Shown: one piece after another, positions 12,831 through 23,975 of the stretch
Layout of the letters: the number at the start of each line of letters is the position of its first letter
Numbering within the stretch: the stretch's first letter is position 1
DNA from: Sporopachydermia quercuum
Lineage: Eukaryota
Length of the DNA: 64,000 nucleotides
Assembly: GCA_001599295.1 (NCBI GenBank)
Contig: BCGN01000005.1
Span: 1 to 64,000 of the forward strand
Direction: 5' to 3'
Made by a program: the position numbers and the translations under genes
The notes under the pieces: generated by a model
What the model was told of the DNA's origin: nothing
Databases searched by the model: none
The model's input: the letters and a program-made list of their open reading frames with translations, nothing else

Positions 12831-14513
12831 CTAAAGATCCATTCTATAATATGAATCATCATAAACCGGTAAATCCAACACATCTCTACCTACAAGAGCA
12901 TTCCAGCATTTTGTAGAATAATACAATCCCATATACCAAAGGTTTCTTGGTAAATCAATATAACTTTTCAGTATAAATGTGATAGCTTCTTTAAANTGTG
13001 CCCATTCCTCATCCCAAGCTTGTCGCCAAGAGACACTACGAATTCTCTTCCTCTTCTCCACTTTATCCATATTCTTGAAGTGCTCAATAGCTTGCACTGA
13101 TTTAGACAGTCTATCAAAAGTGTTAACTAAAGAGACAATTTCAATACGACGTAAGTTTCTGATGATATCAGGAACTTCAGAAAGGTTTTCACCTTCAGGA
13201 CCTGGTAATTCAAATAGAATCTTTAAGGCAGTACCATATCCCATAGTTTGAACTTTACCCCATAGTCTACATCTATCACATCCTACACAATCCATTATAG
13301 CAGAGACATTTCTGAATCTTTGTCGGAAGTCATCCTTTAATGATTGACTGTCAGGTAAAGCAAACAAAAGGCTTTCGTTGAATAACTGAATCTCTTGTTG
13401 AAGATTTGATGGCACACGGATTTCCTTAGCCAATTGGGAGAATTCTCTCCTTGTTTTACTGTCATATTCAGTATTATCGCAACAGAAAGTAATTTGGTCA
13501 AGATATGTAGCCAATTTAGTTACCGCTCTTGATAACACAGCATAATTGAAATAAATATTGCTCAATCTATCAGGGAAATTTCCAACTTTTGAATTGAAAC
13601 ATTCTAGATTAGGACCCCATTCACCCGTTGTAGTATTGAGGTAATCATTACATAAATGTACAGCAATTGAAGCGTGCATACCGGAAACAAGTCTGTAGAA
13701 CACACGTTTCTCTAAACAAGATTCATTATTAACCCTTTCACTTGGAGCAAGAGAGCCAGTAACAGTAGAAGCAGAATCAGCGAAAGAATTGGTGAAATCA
13801 GCATCCGAGTTCCAATGCTCTTTGAAACAATTTTCTTGATATATAGCACTCCATACTTTTCCTGCTTGTCTTCCACCATAACCAGTGAATCGCTCAGGAT
13901 TGGCTACCAAATCAACATAAACCAAGTTCTTATCAGCAGAAGATTCATTGCTATCTCCACCATCAAAGCTAGTATTCAATCCATCATCTTCCACTAAACA
14001 GTAGTCAAACTTGGACTCATCTTCTTCTTCTTTGCTCAAAATTTGTAGATTAGCATTGTTTTCACGAATCAAACATCCTTTGTCAACAGAGTTGCCAAGC
14101 TCATTAATATCTTCCCCGGCATAAACTAATTTCTCATCATCTACCTGATCTTTGGCTGCTGCTAACGAAAACTTCTTGAACTTGCTGAGGTATTCAGGAC
14201 GCCATATTTCAGGCAGCGAATCAATATCATCTATAGTATCAACAGCGCAACTTCTGCTGGCACACATGGCATCGTCTTCCCAGAAGGGACATTCTTTATC
14301 GAATAGGTTTAATTTGAAATATCGGAAGAAATCCTCTTGCACCAATTTCTGTAGGACAGGTCGAACTTTNTGATTGATACTATCTATTGTTAGATGTGTG
14401 TCTTCACAGACGTTTAGTTCTGCACATGCATCTAATGAGTTGAATAGAGTCTGACCGTTGCCAAGTGACGCTGATAGTGAAAGCCCAGCGGCAATGATTG
14501 ATTGAAGCTTCAT
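12831..14513 (-). CDS. ERO1: ER oxidoreductin (thiol oxidase)
   Basis: Signal peptide, CPFW...C shuttle region, NPERFTGY, SGMHASI and active site CVGCDRCRLWGK. Confidence 0.96.
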   Translation of the reverse strand: MKLQSIIAAGLSLSASLGNGQTLFNSLDACAELNVCEDTHLTIDSINXKVRPVLQKLVQEDFFRYFKLNLFDKECPFWEDDAMCASRSCAVDTIDDIDSLPEIWRPEYLSKFKKFSLAAAKDQVDDEKLVYAGEDINELGNSVDKGCLIRENNANLQILSKEEEDESKFDYCLVEDDGLNTSFDGGDSNESSADKNLVYVDLVANPERFTGYGGRQAGKVWSAIYQENCFKEHWNSDADFTNSFADSASTVTGSLAPSERVNNESCLEKRVFYRLVSGMHASIAVHLCNDYLNTTTGEWGPNLECFNSKVGNFPDRLSNIYFNYAVLSRAVTKLATYLDQITFCCDNTEYDSKTRREFSQLAKEIRVPSNLQQEIQLFNESLLFALPDSQSLKDDFRQRFRNVSAIMDCVGCDRCRLWGKVQTMGYGTALKILFELPGPEGENLSEVPDIIRNLRRIEIVSLVNTFDRLSKSVQAIEHFKNMDKVEKRKRIRSVSWRQAWDEEWAXFKEAITFILKSYIDLPRNLWYMGLYYSTKCWNALVGRDVLDLPVYDDSYYRMDL

Positions 14514-14533
14514 TGTTGGATCTTTAAATTTAG

Positions 14534-14580
14534 ATGCTTATATGTGTATGCTTATACGTGTATGCTTATATGCGAATGCT
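14534..14580. repeat. Tandem 14-bp repeat (ATGCTTATAYGTGT, about 3.3 copies) just upstream of the ERO1 start
   Basis: atgcttatatgtgt atgcttatacgtgt atgcttatatgcga atgct. Confidence 0.8.
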
Positions 14581-15514
14581 GAGATGAATGTGAATTTGAA
14601 TATGAAGTATCAATTCCGAAGCTGAATGATAGTGACAATAAGTAAAGTCTCTGTGANCTCAAGTTTGGAAACAAATCTAACTTGCGAACTGAACCGTTCG
14701 ATGTGTGAAAGCTATGAAATCTTATCAAACAAACACTCACGGCTAAAATGATTTAGAAATACTACTACCGGCTGTTCAATGATTCTATCTATAGATACCG
14801 ATAAGTTGATAATCTCGCGATCTTTTTACTCAGCTTACACTGCAGTAAATACGCCCTTACTAGCCNTAGTTATTGTTTTCCAGTGAAAAAAATCAAGCCT
14901 CTGACTGTACTTTCTTCGAGTTAAATATTANNCAATGACAAACAACTACTTATAAAACATAAATTGACCATTTTAACATAAGATATCTAATCATCAATAC
15001 ATCTTATATCAAGAGAGGAATGAGGCTATTGTTCTCTTAATCTTGTAATAAATGAAATTTTTCAGATGATGTGTCCTTAATAACCTAAATAGGTAATAAT
15101 CACCTAGTTAAGTTTGTGGCGTGTACGTGGAAAAAATATTTTTGGATTACGTGATCAATAAAGGGAAAGACAATGTACGTTAAGGGGAGAAGTTCTGGAG
15201 AAAGACGACAAGGAGAATGAATGGACATGAAGGATATGATGAATAAATGACGAAAGGAGATTGTATGAGTTACTTTTTTTTGGATTGAAGTAAGGCATTT
15301 TAATGATGATGTTTGGCCAATCTTTTGTTTTGAACTGTTTCAGTTATCACGGTTGAGAGATGTGGGATAACAACCTAATGAGTATCACCCTTCAAGCTCC
15401 GACATGCAATTTCACGTCTCACTATAGTATCATAGCATGAGATGTGAGGCATATTTATGCAATATATGCAGCAATATGCAGAAGTATTATTTAATAAATA
15501 CATGTACATAATAA

Positions 15515-15526
15515 TGAAAATTTTTT
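15515..15526 (+). promoter_or_regulatory. RRPE element upstream of DBP3
   Basis: TGAAAATTTTTT about 250 bp upstream of a ribosome-biogenesis gene. A second copy lies on the minus strand at ~15053-15063. Confidence 0.6.
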
Positions 15527-15771
15527 CGTTTACATGGGATGGAATGGATTAAATAATAAAGACATTCAAATAAGGCAGTTACTTTGATATAGAAGCAGAG
15601 AATACGATATTTGCTTTTGTATTTTATGGAATTGAGATCAGATCGGGGTTTCACTTAGCTTATTCTTATATGCTAGTTGTGCTTTAATTATAAAACGATA
15701 AAGCACTTTCCAACTGATGTATCAGGCTTTCTAAGTATTTTAGAAGCACAGTGCATCCAACAATATTCAAA

Positions 15772-17358
15772 ATGTCTGATGAAAAGAAGCGGTCATCAGC
15801 CGAATTAGATAAGGAGGAGAAGAAGAGAAGAAAGTTAGAAAAGAAGGAGAAGAAGGACAACAAAGAGAAGAAGGAGAAGAAGGAAAGGAAGGAGAAGAAG
15901 GAGAAAAAAGCAAAAAAGGATAAGAAGGAAAAAAAGGAAAAGAAAGCTAAGAATGAAACAAAAAAACCAGTAGCAGTTGAAGAAACCAATGGTATCTCTT
16001 CTGTGTTATCAAACTCATCATACACAGAATCTGCAACACTGAAAGCTGTTGCTCAACTAGAAATAGACTCTTTTTACTCGGAAAATGATGTTGCAGTTAA
16101 TGATCCTCGCTCAGAATCTTTGAGACCTATTCTAGGATTCAACCAAATTGAATTGAACCGAGATATTGCTAAGGTAGTCTCTCAATTCTCTAAACCAACT
16201 CCAATTCAATCAGTTTCTTGGCCGTATCTTCTATCCCACCGCGATGTTATCGGTGTGGCTGAAACAGGTTCTGGTAAGACATTTGCTTTCTCTGTTCCAG
16301 CCATTTCTCACGTATTGCAGCATAAGAAAGAGAATGGTATTCAGGTACTTGTTATATCACCCACAAGAGAGCTTGCAATGCAGATCTATGACAACTTGAA
16401 ACTTTTAACTGATGCCACTGGATTGAAATGCCATTGTATTTATGGTGGTGTACCAAAGGATGAACAAAGAAAGGCNTTAAGGAGTTGTCAGTGTGTCATT
16501 GCAACTCCAGGAAGATTATTAGATCTTATGGATGAAGGAGCTGCTGATCTTTCCTCTGTTAAATATTTAATTCTCGATGAAGCTGACAGAATGTTAGAAA
16601 AAGGTTTTGAAGATGATATGAAGAAGATAATTTCCAATACTAATGTGGATCGTAATACGGTTATGTTTACTGCTACTTGGCCTAAAGAAATCAGAGAAAT
16701 TGCTAATACATTTATGAAAACACCAGTAAAGATTTCAATTGGTAACAGAGACGAACTGACCGCTAATAAACGTATCACACAAAATGTTGAAGTGATAGAT
16801 CCTTTCAAAAAAGAGAACAGATTACTACAGTTGTTAAAAGATCATCAATCAGGTAGCAAGAAAAACGACAAGATTCTTATTTTTGCTTTATATAAGAAAG
16901 AAGCAACCAGAGTTGAACGACTTTTGCAGAACAAAGGATATAATGTTGTTGCCATTCACGGTGATCTAAGTCAAGCTCAAAGAACTCAAGCATTGGATCA
17001 TTTCAAGACAGGTAAATCTAACATTTTATTAGCTACTGATGTTGCTGCTCGCGGTTTAGATATTCCCGCTGTGAAAGTAGTGATCAATCTTACGTTCCCT
17101 TTGACAGTTGAAGATTATGTTCATAGAATAGGTAGAACTGGTAGAGCAGGACAAACTGGTTTAGCAATCACTTTATTCACTGAAAGAGAGAAGCATTTAA
17201 GTGGTGCTTTGATCAATGTTCTTCGTGGTGCTAATCAGCCTGTTCCTGATGAGCTATTGAAGTTTGGTGGTCATACAAAGAAGAAGGAGCATTCAGTTTA
17301 TGGAGCATTCTTTAAAGATGTTGATACGACAAAGAAGGCTCAGAAGATAGTTTTCTGA
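15772..17358 (+). CDS. DBP3: DEAD-box RNA helicase (60S biogenesis)
   Basis: KKE-repeat N-terminus, [28 protein letters not shown] and C-terminal [16 protein letters not shown]. First ATG at 15772. Confidence 0.96.
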   Translation: MSDEKKRSSAELDKEEKKRRKLEKKEKKDNKEKKEKKERKEKKEKKAKKDKKEKKEKKAKNETKKPVAVEETNGISSVLSNSSYTESATLKAVAQLEIDSFYSENDVAVNDPRSESLRPILGFNQIELNRDIAKVVSQFSKPTPIQSVSWPYLLSHRDVIGVAETGSGKTFAFSVPAISHVLQHKKENGIQVLVISPTRELAMQIYDNLKLLTDATGLKCHCIYGGVPKDEQRKXLRSCQCVIATPGRLLDLMDEGAADLSSVKYLILDEADRMLEKGFEDDMKKIISNTNVDRNTVMFTATWPKEIREIANTFMKTPVKISIGNRDELTANKRITQNVEVIDPFKKENRLLQLLKDHQSGSKKNDKILIFALYKKEATRVERLLQNKGYNVVAIHGDLSQAQRTQALDHFKTGKSNILLATDVAARGLDIPAVKVVINLTFPLTVEDYVHRIGRTGRAGQTGLAITLFTEREKHLSGALINVLRGANQPVPDELLKFGGHTKKKEHSVYGAFFKDVDTTKKAQKIVF

Positions 17359-17830
17359 ACGTTTATTTGCATATTATTTTTGGTTCGATTTTCTGTTTCA
17401 ATCTTTTGGTTCAGTATTTCATTGGTATAGTAGATAATTATGCATGTTTTCTAATGCCCCATGTTTCTGTTATGCAAGTTAGGTAAGCACGGATTATTTT
17501 ACCAGTGTTGGTATATTATTGGGTTATGATATATACAGTGTGGGAAGAGTTTAACAATAATAAAACATAACCTGAAAATTTAGTAATTCTGGGTTGCCAG
17601 TCCTTTGTTTCGTTGGCGAGTCTCATATGATCATATGTTCCTATTCGATAGCTCAATAGCATACGTGCACTAGTGATATATTAGTGATAATCCCCATTTA
17701 TTTATTATGTACATATCATGGTTCGTTCGAATATGAATTGTGGACGATTCAACTCTTGATTCTAACNTTCCATTCGATCATTCTTTTCCTCTGCCGCTCT
17801 TCATTATTTTCTCCTACTCGCTTCTGTTGA

Positions 17831-18335
17831 TTAGAACTTCTCAGCTAAAACTTTGCTCACTTCCTCCTTATAACGTCCTTTTATGATGACTTTCTGACTT
17901 ATAACATTTGCTTTGATATTGTCCTTTTTGACTTCAGGAATAGCTGCAAGTAAATCCCTTTTAAGTTGCTAGTAGATATAAATGTTAGTACATACTACAG
18001 TAGATATACTTCTAAAATGTTTTCTATCAATCAAGAAGAAAACATGGCATAGTTATTGATTANCAGCGTCAAAAACTCCTCTCACTTACCACAACATCTC
18101 CGACCACATTCTTGACCAAAGTCACAATTGAATTGCCTCTCTTATGATCAATATACACTGGAAGTCTTCCAAAACGACTCCTTGAGACAAAGTAATTAGT
18201 GGTACCGAAATCATGACCGATTAGATCACTTGGCTTAATTTCTGAAAGCTTTGGTAGTACTTGGACCTTCGCCTGTGTTGATTGGAATCGATTGCTGATT
18301 CTCGTGAATAGAGGTATGAACCGTGAGTTATTCAT
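17831..18335 (-). CDS. IMG2: Mitochondrial ribosomal protein mL49; 2 exons (18335-18090, 17968-17831)
   Basis: YFVSRSRFGRLPVYID...KNVVGDVV|QLKRDLL...IIKGRYKEEVSKVLAEKF*. Donor GTAAGT at 18089, branch TACTAAC at 17990-17984, TAG acceptor. Next to RSA4, as in S. cerevisiae. Confidence 0.93.
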
Positions 18336-18822
18336 TTCCAAGCAAGTGACTATAATAGATGATGCGGGTTATAGAGCTATTGCCGTAGGAATCAAATTCG
18401 TTTGAGCTTCTGTTCAGATTTGAAAAAAGATATTGAGTAATATGATTGTGGATTAACCTAACCGTTGATAATTTTGCGATTTGTGTGTAAGAGTTTGGAG
18501 TTGTAAAATATTTCACAGAAGTAATGGTGTTTGGGTTTATTTCTGGAGGCGAGACGCGATGTTATATTATAATGGGATTCTCAGTGACAAGATTTGTTTT
18601 CATAAGTCACGGGAGGTCATATTGGTATTTCAGAATTTTTTTCTCATAGATAGACAACTACAGACGAAAGTGAAATGTATAGTCTATTCTAACGTATAAA
18701 CTAGTATTAATATTCTATTTTTCATATGTATACAGGTGACATTTTGTATGCTGAAAATGAAGTCTTATTATACTGTGTCTGTGGCTACAGGCCTGAGGAA
18801 ATATGAAAACTCGTGTAGAATC

Positions 18823-20364
18823 TTAATGCGACCAAAGTCTCAGCATTTTATCCTTACCACCAGAAGCAACCCTAGTGCCATCAACACTCCAATCTACTGA
18901 ATAGACCTCGTCTACGTGACCAGGCAAATCAACTGCTAGTTTCTTGGTTCTCACGTCCCATATTTTCAGTGTTGTATCCTTTGAAGAGCTGACCAACATC
19001 CTATTATCGCCAGACCATGCACATTGATAAACAGAAGCTACGTGTCCTCTGAAAGTAGAAATAAACTTTCCTGTTCTACCATCCCAAAGTTTCACAGAAT
19101 TGTCAAATGATGCTGAAGCAATATATCTTCCATCGGGTGAAAATGACACATGATTAACAAGCTTTTGATGACCTGTCATTCTTGTTATTGGCTTAGAAGA
19201 CTTAGATGGTTCCCATAAATACATTGTGAAATCATCACTGGCAGTAACAATCCGTTCCGTTTCTCTACCATCAACGAAAGCAACTTTCCTGTAATTTTCA
19301 TACGCACGGCTTTTCAATTCCTGGGGTGATAATTTCTTAGGCTGAGATTTTCCATTGTAATCAAAAGGACCAATACGCAAAGCATATTCAGTTGATAGTG
19401 AGATATGATTGACCCAATGAGCATGCGACTTGAGAACCTGAACACACTTCCCGTCTTTAGAATCCCATACTCTGATCGTTTTGTCATGTGAAGTTGAATA
19501 AATTAATCCTTCCCCACCCCATCTGACGCATGACACAGCTGAAGTATGTCCTGAAAACGTGAACAAAGCTACTCTTCTAATGATATCCCATACTTTAACA
19601 GTACCATCTTTTGAACATGACACTAATCTTGGATTTTGCCCCTCAGGTACTAGATGTAGAGGTTCCCAAGATAATGCAGAAATCCATTTTGCATGTCCTG
19701 TCAAAGGTTCACCTAAAGGTTTTCCTTTCTTACCATCCCACAACCTAATTGTACTATCCATTGAACCTGTCGCAATGATCTCTCCATTAGGACACCAAGC
19801 AACACACAAAACCCAATTACTATGCCCTGACAATGTGGCAACAGGAGTTTGGGTATCACAATCCCATATTCTGGCCGTAGAATCTCCAGCTCCTGTCACA
19901 AGCCTACTAGATGAATATGGTGCAAATTGACATGCTAATATTGTACTGGAGTGTCCGCTAATAGCTGCTGATGATCTAGTGATTGGTTTCACTTTGAAAA
20001 CAGCTCTAGGTGTATAAACGATAGTGAGAAAATCTTCTGTAGTTTTAATTCCTGGTTTTATAATAGAGCTGTATAGATTGTCGGGAATATCAGTAACGTC
20101 TCCTGATTTCTCATCAAGAAGCAGTGAAAATGAATATGGTACTGGATCATCTTCATTATCAGCTAACTGATTCACTAGCATTTCCAATTGTTTGATTGTA
20201 GCATTTCCTGGGACACGAATAGAAGCTCCAAGTCCTTCTCCAGTGTCTGATGCTTGAAATTTCACCAGAACATTCGGAATATCGTCAGGTATCAATTCAA
20301 CTTCTCGCTCCTTTTGAGCTTCTCGTTTCTGCCGTTTCGACAATGGAGGAATCACTGTGGCCAT
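18823..20364 (-). CDS. RSA4: Notchless-like WD40 ribosome assembly protein
   Basis: NLE/UBL domain (IPPLSKRQKREAQ...VKFQASDTG) followed by WD40 repeats ending LRLWSH. Confidence 0.96.
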   Translation of the reverse strand: MATVIPPLSKRQKREAQKEREVELIPDDIPNVLVKFQASDTGEGLGASIRVPGNATIKQLEMLVNQLADNEDDPVPYSFSLLLDEKSGDVTDIPDNLYSSIIKPGIKTTEDFLTIVYTPRAVFKVKPITRSSAAISGHSSTILACQFAPYSSSRLVTGAGDSTARIWDCDTQTPVATLSGHSNWVLCVAWCPNGEIIATGSMDSTIRLWDGKKGKPLGEPLTGHAKWISALSWEPLHLVPEGQNPRLVSCSKDGTVKVWDIIRRVALFTFSGHTSAVSCVRWGGEGLIYSTSHDKTIRVWDSKDGKCVQVLKSHAHWVNHISLSTEYALRIGPFDYNGKSQPKKLSPQELKSRAYENYRKVAFVDGRETERIVTASDDFTMYLWEPSKSSKPITRMTGHQKLVNHVSFSPDGRYIASASFDNSVKLWDGRTGKFISTFRGHVASVYQCAWSGDNRMLVSSSKDTTLKIWDVRTKKLAVDLPGHVDEVYSVDWSVDGTRVASGGKDKMLRLWSH

Positions 20365-22149
20365 GTTGGATGAGAGTGTGAATGTGGTTGAAACTGGTCA
20401 ATGTATTTCAAAGATAATTCCAACTATAAACAGGAGATTTAATTTGAGTTTACTGTTATTTAATCGACAAAAAGTGAATAAATTAGATTGTTTAAGATAT
20501 CTTAATGTCATGATAGGAATGAAGGAATTATCTACTAACAAAAGATTTTTTTTATTGTTGTGTGGATTATGTCATGCACAGTGTCAGACATTCATATCTG
20601 ACATATGATAATTTCTGTTCTTNTGTGACGATTAATATATGACTTACTTATGTCTCGACTAAATATTTGTTTATCACATAATCAATGACTTAGGGTTCAT
20701 ATGCAAATTTCGGAAATGATATCGGATAATAGGTTTTTCTTATCGTTTGTCGTAATGCTGTTTCTCCACTCTTAATTTCGGATAACTTCTCGGATGGTTC
20801 TTTTTATGATCTGGAGACGATTTAGGTGTGATTTGAGTCATTTTGGGTAAATGTTGATCAAAATCTTCAGATTCGGATATTTCTTCATTTTTTTTTTGGA
20901 TCAACATCTCGCTGGTTTTCGGCATTTAAACATTGAAAATGGCTACTAAACGATTTGTCTCCCTTGTATGTGGATCGGGAGGTTTCAAAACAAATGTGGA
21001 TACAAGATAAGCATTTGAGATAAAACAATTGCCTTTTATGGACTCCATTACTCTATTCGGNCATATTTTTTAACTTTATTACTCAATTTACTAACAGAAT
21101 CGGTAATTTCATTACCAGGTTTGGAGCGATTTCAAGAAAGTCAGTGGCATGGAGCCGACTTTGCTTAGTAAAGTAAGACGAAAGAGCCAAGAAGGGTAGT
21201 AGAACCGACAATATCGAAATATAACTTCTGCTCAACTGAATAGGTTCCGGTGATTTTTGTTTTTTGGTCGAAGTTTCGGTTTCTAACGATTNCTAAGCTG
21301 AACATTGTTGATGCTGTTCCAGGTAAAGTGACTCTCGGCTTAACAATTGAGAAGAAGCACACAGTAAGTTGAATTCTCCTCTTGGGAACAGAAGATAACG
21401 GAGTGACATGGATATTTCAACTTGGTCGTGAAGGTTTGAGTTGAGGCTAGTTTGCTCAGAAAGGAAAATGGGATACTGGCTAGGGGAATTTACTTTAGTC
21501 CTATAGAGTATACACTGCTGGTTTAGCGAAAACAGAGCTACTTTCTACTCTGAATTTTCAGTTCACGAACCCAGATTTGTTTCCCGATAAAATCCCTTTT
21601 CGGTATCTCACTTCTGATATGTCCTTTACATATTCAACTCCGTCATCTAGTCATCTTTTCCAGATTTCTNTCATGGTTATGAACTGTCGGATGTCATTTC
21701 AGTATTCCTATTTACTAAAACTTCTAGAATCGGTTACAAATACTTCATGGTGCCACAATAGCCGCTTTAGTTGATCTTGGGGGCTCATTGGCTGTGGCTT
21801 CACGTGGCTTATTCAGCACTGGTGTCAGTACTGATTTAAACGTTACGTATTTTTCGTCGGGAGGGAAAGTTGGTAAGTATATTATTTTGGGAACTACGCC
21901 TTTTTAAAAGGAAATTTCGATGGAAGGGTAAAAGAGGAGCAAGCAGGGAGTTGAAACTGGTTCAGATGTTCTCCAGAATTGGGTGGGCTATTTCTGATGA
22001 GGTTCAATTATGAGAGCAAGATACACAGGTATATTTATTCTGGTATTTCACAGGTATCTGTTTTCATTTATGATTTTCTTTCTTTCTTCTCCTTCCACTC
22101 TTTTCCGTTGTTATTCCCCTTTGAATGTTTGGTTTCCCCCTGAGCACAC

Positions 22150-23950
22150 ACTAACATTATAATGTCCAAAGATGATGAGGTAATTATTGTATGTATTGTT
22201 GTTCAGTTTCTGAAGAATTCTGACCAGTTATGCTATCTTATTGATTGATTTCAGCTGTTGATGCTTTTTATTGTTCATTTGAGTACTTTTTTGTTATGAT
22301 AGTATTTNCTATCGATATACTGCATTGATTATGATGCAGTGTTACAATTAATATGATAAGGTCAATTTATGCAATTATTGCTATTTTGTCATTGATTGTC
22401 CACTAAATCTGTTGAATCTTACTACTTTTTTTGCAGGATATTGTTTTATAACGGTAGAACTAATATATTGTGAATATTCTCGGCAAATATTGTTTAAGAT
22501 TGCTGCTACTACAACCACTAACCTCACATTACTAGGAATGCAATTTAGATCGTATGGGAAGAACTCTTGCATTTACATCAATCAACTTTTATAATGGTAA
22601 ACATAAACATTTATTTGCAAGAGGATCACATACAAAATATATTTCAAACGCTTTGAAAGACGTAAGTTTTATCTGATTATTGTCGGGAGAATACGATTGC
22701 ACTATTGAGATAATTGATGTCAAAGAACAACAATTGAGAGGACAANAAATGTAAGGACAATAAGTGAAGTGACAAAAGAGAAAGATGATACATAAATTAG
22801 TGCTGGCGTGAAAAATTAGATTGTGCATTTACCAACAACAACATCTATGCATCTACGAAACAAACATTATACAAAGGATATCAGTAATTAAAACGAAATC
22901 AAGATTTGAACAAAACTATCTGTATGCTATTATACAATACGAGACTTATCATTGAATAACATCAAATCATTTAGTCTTTCTAATTAATGTTCTCATATTA
23001 ATTCATCTTGTATTTGACATAAATAGGTTATGTCATTTTTTATTGTATATTACTAACAGATATCTTAGCCTTTAAATCAATTACATGAACATAAGCCGGT
23101 TAGCGAATAGAATGATTATTGTTACTGTTCAATAATCACTAGATATAAGTGAAGTTCTTGTTGAATTGAGTATAAGGCTTCTGAAATGTGATTATTTTCA
23201 ATTATTTTTCAGTAGAAATAGAAATAAAATGTAGTAATTATTGTTAATGGAGAATAATAGGTAACCAAAATATTACAATTAATGCAATTAATGTTTCTCA
23301 ATGTAATTACAATTATCATATATTGTTTGCTGGTATATTAATGTATTTTTGTTTTCTGAATTCTATCAAAAAATCCAAAATAAATTTCCTACGTCATATA
23401 CTTGATATAAATCAAAAGAATCTTCCAGAGATGAAATAGAACTATGAACACAAATCGATGTAAATAAGAAACAATAACAGTTGCATTAATTCAAAGTTGT
23501 AATTACAATAATCACTCCCAGCTGTTACAGTAATTCAACTAATTTCCCCTTCAGAAATGCATTAGCTAATAAATGTAATGAAATTGGACTATATAGATAT
23601 GTAATATCTTTTTCTGCACAGAAGCTAGGAATAGAAATATCATTCAAAAACTGCTATGATATTGTTGCATTAATGAGACATTGAACAGTTATTGTTACAG
23701 TACCGCGACAACAATCAACAGCTTGTCATAATAAACAGCACAATATTAACATTAACTGAAACAATAATTTATACACCAACAAATGCTTTCATGCAGCGAT
23801 CTCTATCGAAACCAAATTATCCTGTTTCAATTAATTATAACATGGCTTCATCATAAAATACAAATAACAAAACTCATGTAATATATCATTTATTAAATAT
23901 TTCTAATCCTACATCTATTAATAATACATGAACACGATCCAATAAATCTA
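22150..23950. other. Gene-free AT-rich core with dispersed short repeats; candidate regional centromere or replication origin
   Basis: Within a 3.6 kb ORF-free gap, very AT-rich, with recurrent GTAATTA/TTACAAT/TGCATTAAT motifs and CCG/CGG-rich DNA on both sides. Function is inferred only. Confidence 0.4.
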
Positions 23951-23975
23951 ACAGCCTTCATCCTCATCTTTATCC

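Noticed and set aside
21800..21950. TCACGTG as CDEI of a point centromere
   Set aside because: Not followed by a very AT-rich CDEII or a properly spaced CDEIII.
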